Shown one piece after another: positions 9,440 through 12,146 of a stretch of 12,146 bases of DNA; position 1 is the first letter of the stretch, and every line of letters begins with the position of its first letter. Source of the DNA: Tubiluchus corallicola (Eukaryota > Animalia > Priapulida). Both the position numbers and the translations under genes were made by a program. The stretch spans positions 293,670 through 305,815 of the forward strand of contig JAQGDQ010000166.1 in assembly GCA_030141605.1 (NCBI GenBank). The letters are read 5' to 3'. The notes below the pieces were generated by a model. That model was given only the letters and a program-made list of their open reading frames with translations. It made no database searches and was not told the DNA's origin.

Positions 9440-10017
9440 CGGTAGACGGCTTTGCTTTACACACGAACAAAGGCACAGGTAAAAAGTCACATAAACAAAG
9501 TCACAGGTAAAAAGTAACACAAACAAAGTCACAGGTAACAAGTAACATGAACAAAGTCACAGGTATAAAGTCACATGCGCAAAGTCACAGGTAAAAAGTC
9601 ACACGCACAAAGTCACAGGTAAAAAGTAACACGAAGAAAGTCACAGGTAAAAAGTCACACGAACAAAGTTACAGGTAAAAAGTCACACGAACAAAGTCAC
9701 AGGTAAAAAATCAAACGAAAAAAGTCACACGAACAAAGTCACAGGTAAAAAGTAACACGAACAAAGTCACAGGTAAAAAGTCACACGCACAAAGTCACAG
9801 GTAAAAAGTCAAACGAAAAAAATCACACGAACAAAGTCACAGGCAAAAGTCACACGAAAAAAGTCTCACAAAAAGTCACAGGAAACAGTCACAGGGGAAA
9901 AAGGCACAGGAAAAAAGAAATAGTTTTAACCTAACCTTAACTCTAATCCTAAATCTAGCGCTTATCCTAGTCAAAATTAATTGTGACTTTTTTCCGGGAC
10001 TTTATGACAGGTCACCG
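9440..10017. mobile_element. MITE/foldback-like element containing the 28-bp array
   Basis: AAAAAGTCACA repeats on the left are inverted relative to TGTGACTTTTTT at 9982-9993. A degenerate CCTAAC tract lies in the middle (9927-9956). Approximate termini are CGGT...ACCG. Confidence 0.5.
9460..9912. repeat. 28-bp minisatellite built from two 14-bp AAAGTCACA subunits
   Basis: CAGG(T) at 28-bp spacing from 9476 to 9700, with 42-bp steps at 9742 and 9840 caused by an extra 14-bp subunit. Confidence 0.95.
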
Positions 10018-10151
10018 ATTTAAATACATAGCAACACGAAGCGGATTAACTTCCGGCGGAGTGCAAAGGTTAACACGCATACAGTAACCATATACACCAC
10101 AAAACAAATATGGTAATCGACTCAACAAAGTGGTAAAAAGATCTGACGTAC

Positions 10152-10353
10152 TTTTCTCCAATATATCCAGCCGGGCACTGACAATCCCCGGTAATATGAT
10201 CACATTCCATGCAGCTGCAATTCCCCGAGCAGCCAAGTCCATAGTTTCCCTTTGGACATGCATTCTCACAACTGCCTCCTGTCCAACCAGGATAACATTG
10301 GCAAGTGTAGGGTTCCACACATAAGCCATGTACGCAGGCCGGCTTGCATAGAG
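10152..10353 (-). CDS. Exon A of a multi-EGF single-pass receptor (Draper/CED-1/MEGF10/SCARF-like): NIM-type EGF plus laminin-type EGF unit
   Basis: Acceptor ttttttcag|CT and donor GAAAA|gtacgt; 202 nt, phase 1 to 2. Translation xLCKPACVHGLCVEPYTCQCYPGWTGGSCENACPKGNYGLGCSGNCSCMECDHITGDCQCPAGYIGE(K). The CxxxCVHGxCxxPxTCQCxPGWxGxxC pattern matches the first EGF after the EMI domain in MEGF10/11-type proteins. Confidence 0.93.
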
Positions 10354-10433
10354 CTGAAAAAATAAACAAAAAAATGGGGAATACACGGCTTGTAAATAAC
10401 TTAAGTTGTCCGGTTTTACTTTGGAAGGTTTAA

Positions 10434-11027
10434 AGCAAAAGAGGACGGTTTTTCATATCCTACCCACTTCTGAAGTAAGGTAAAATGCACACATCTTAAC
10501 ATATATAATAATGCCAAAGCATTTCTGACAAATAAATAATATGTTAAAAACTATATTAACATCAGGCTAGCCCAGCAAGTGATGACATCACAAATGAACA
10601 TAATTTTCAACAGCACAAACATTCCATAAGCGTGTTTGCACAAGCGGAAATTGAAGTTCAGTGCTACTGCACAACATTCAGTGTGACATACAAAAACTAG
10701 ACAAATTTTAAATTTACCACTGTTCTCAAGCATAAGCTCTCTAACGTGTGTAATAAATACATCACAAACGAGCAGCTCTGAACTGAGAGGTGCAGCACCT
10801 ATTTTTCATGCAACGTATTTCCAAAATGCAGGCGCTAGTGCCCATCTAACTAGCGAAAGATGAAATGACTGTAACAGTGAAGAACTAGCCGCTAGAATAC
10901 GAAATTACTTTTGTGTGGTAATAATTCTTTCACCTAAGTCACTCTTTAAAAAGTAGTACGTTCCCTTTCAATATTTTAAAGAGTAGATTGTTTTTACCCA
11001 CAGTTTAAGATTGGATCCGGTTCTGCT
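10434..11027. mobile_element. Non-autonomous Kolobok-like DNA transposon, copy 2
   Basis: TTAA (10430-10433)|AGCAAAAGAGGA ... TCCGGTTCTGCT|TTAA (11028-11031): TTAA on both sides and an imperfect TIR. Homologous to 3261-3661 in the same orientation. Confidence 0.75.
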
Positions 11028-11696
11028 TTAAAAGGCTTAGCATTGTAAGTTACTGATGTCTTAGTCATGCGTATAATGCGTATGTGCTGAAAAGCCAAAA
11101 ATCCCCCTAGAGCAGCCAATTTAGTACATGATCTACAGTGACCTTCACAGTTCACTGTGAGTCACTGACCACTAATTTGACCACTAGGATAAACATTAGA
11201 TGTGATTTCGTAGTTAGATGGACACTTTACCCCCAGCAATGGTACACGAAGCGTGTTCCTGCAAATTTACTGTGTCAAAACTTACGGTCGTTTAGTTTTG
11301 ACATTGTGCTGCAATAGTTCTATTACAATAATGTATTATTATTGTAAACTTTTAATACCCATTCTATAGTATCTTAGTTTCCCCAATAAAGAATTATAAA
11401 TTATTGGAAATAGTTACTATGTTCTATTCATAGTAATACTAATGTGTTACCGGTTTACTAATTCACCTACACTGCATAGTAAATAACATTGTAAAATACA
11501 GTCAGATCAACAAAACTTAAAATGCCATCGTACCCTGAAGGCAATTTTAGACGTTTACAGCTTGAGAATGCTGTATGTGGTAAACTGCAGTAAAACTTCT
11601 GAAAGATTAAATTTCCTTTCAGCACGCGATAGAAAAAAAACTGATTTTTTGCTGGAAGTGACAAGCAAGTAAAAATTGGCAAAGGGTTCTAAACTA

Positions 11697-12146
11697 AGGA
11701 TAATAAAACGGTGTGAACAAACTATGTTATAAATTGCCCATACAAGTAGGCCGGCACTCGAGGCAAAGACTTCTAAAAATTGAACAACACCCTCATTGCG
11801 CCAAATAGACTTACTGTTAATTATAGCTAATTGAATGAATGATATAACGGTACGGACTAACCCTTATTAAACTTGTCCCATACAACCAGACCAGTACTCG
11901 AGGTAGAGACTCCAAAACTTGAACACGCATAATATGCCAAATAGGCTTACTGCTAACAGAATGAATGATATAACGGTACGGACTAACCCTTATTAAACTT
12001 GTCCCATACAACCAGACCAGTACTCGAGGTAGAGACTCCAAAACTTGAACACGCATAATATGCCAAATAGGCTTACTGCTAATTATGGCTAACAGAATGA
12101 ATGATATAACGGTGAGGACTAACCCTTATTAAACTTGTCCCATACA
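11697..12146. repeat. 126/136-bp tandem repeat, about 3.4 copies, running off the right edge
   Basis: GAATGAATGATATAACGGT at 11833, 11959 and 12095. A diverged first copy starts at ~11697. A 10-bp TTATRGCTAA indel explains the two periods. Confidence 0.95.

Noticed and set aside
9927-9956. Telomere-like CCTAAC tract
   Set aside because: It is short, degenerate and internal to a MITE-like element, so not evidence of a telomere.
10012-10386. 124-aa ORF and the antisense ORF 10130-10324
   Set aside because: These are shadow frames over exon A. Only the Cys-rich frame splices in phase with exon B.
11273-11303. 10-bp inverted repeat TGTCAAAACT...AGTTTTGACA
   Set aside because: It is an isolated AT-rich hairpin with no supporting context.
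11467-11682. Possible upstream (EMI) exon
   Set aside because: No frame shows the CCxGY/W EMI ending or an EGF Cys pattern, so the upstream exon is probably outside the window.
11817-12056. 79-aa ORF with an internal repeat
   Set aside because: It arises from the 126-bp tandem repeat and has no domain signature.

Overview
AT-rich eukaryotic (invertebrate animal-like) genomic DNA, not prokaryotic. The window lies inside a minus-strand, intron-rich gene that the ORF track mostly misses. Three Cys-rich EGF exons (10353-10152, 4731-4619, 4016-3893) splice in frame with canonical GT-AG sites. A candidate 20-nt microexon (1273-1254) then links them to a transmembrane exon (883-754). The product is a compact single-pass receptor of the Draper/CED-1/MEGF10/SCARF type, and both of its termini lie outside the window. 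The introns hold five minisatellites, a CTA/CTG microsatellite that appears to be a LINE 3' tail, two decayed LINE ORF2 zinc-knuckle fragments, two TTAA-flanked Kolobok-like elements and several MITE-like elements. The most unusual signals are (i) a ~20-unit hairpin minisatellite whose sense strand repeats a branch-point/QKI motif (TACTAAC) beside a 5' splice-site motif (GTRAGT) just upstream of the frame-setting microexon, and (ii) a partial exon duplicate with an intact acceptor that differs from the real exon only at two synonymous sites. All splicing and regulatory interpretations are inferences needing RNA data.
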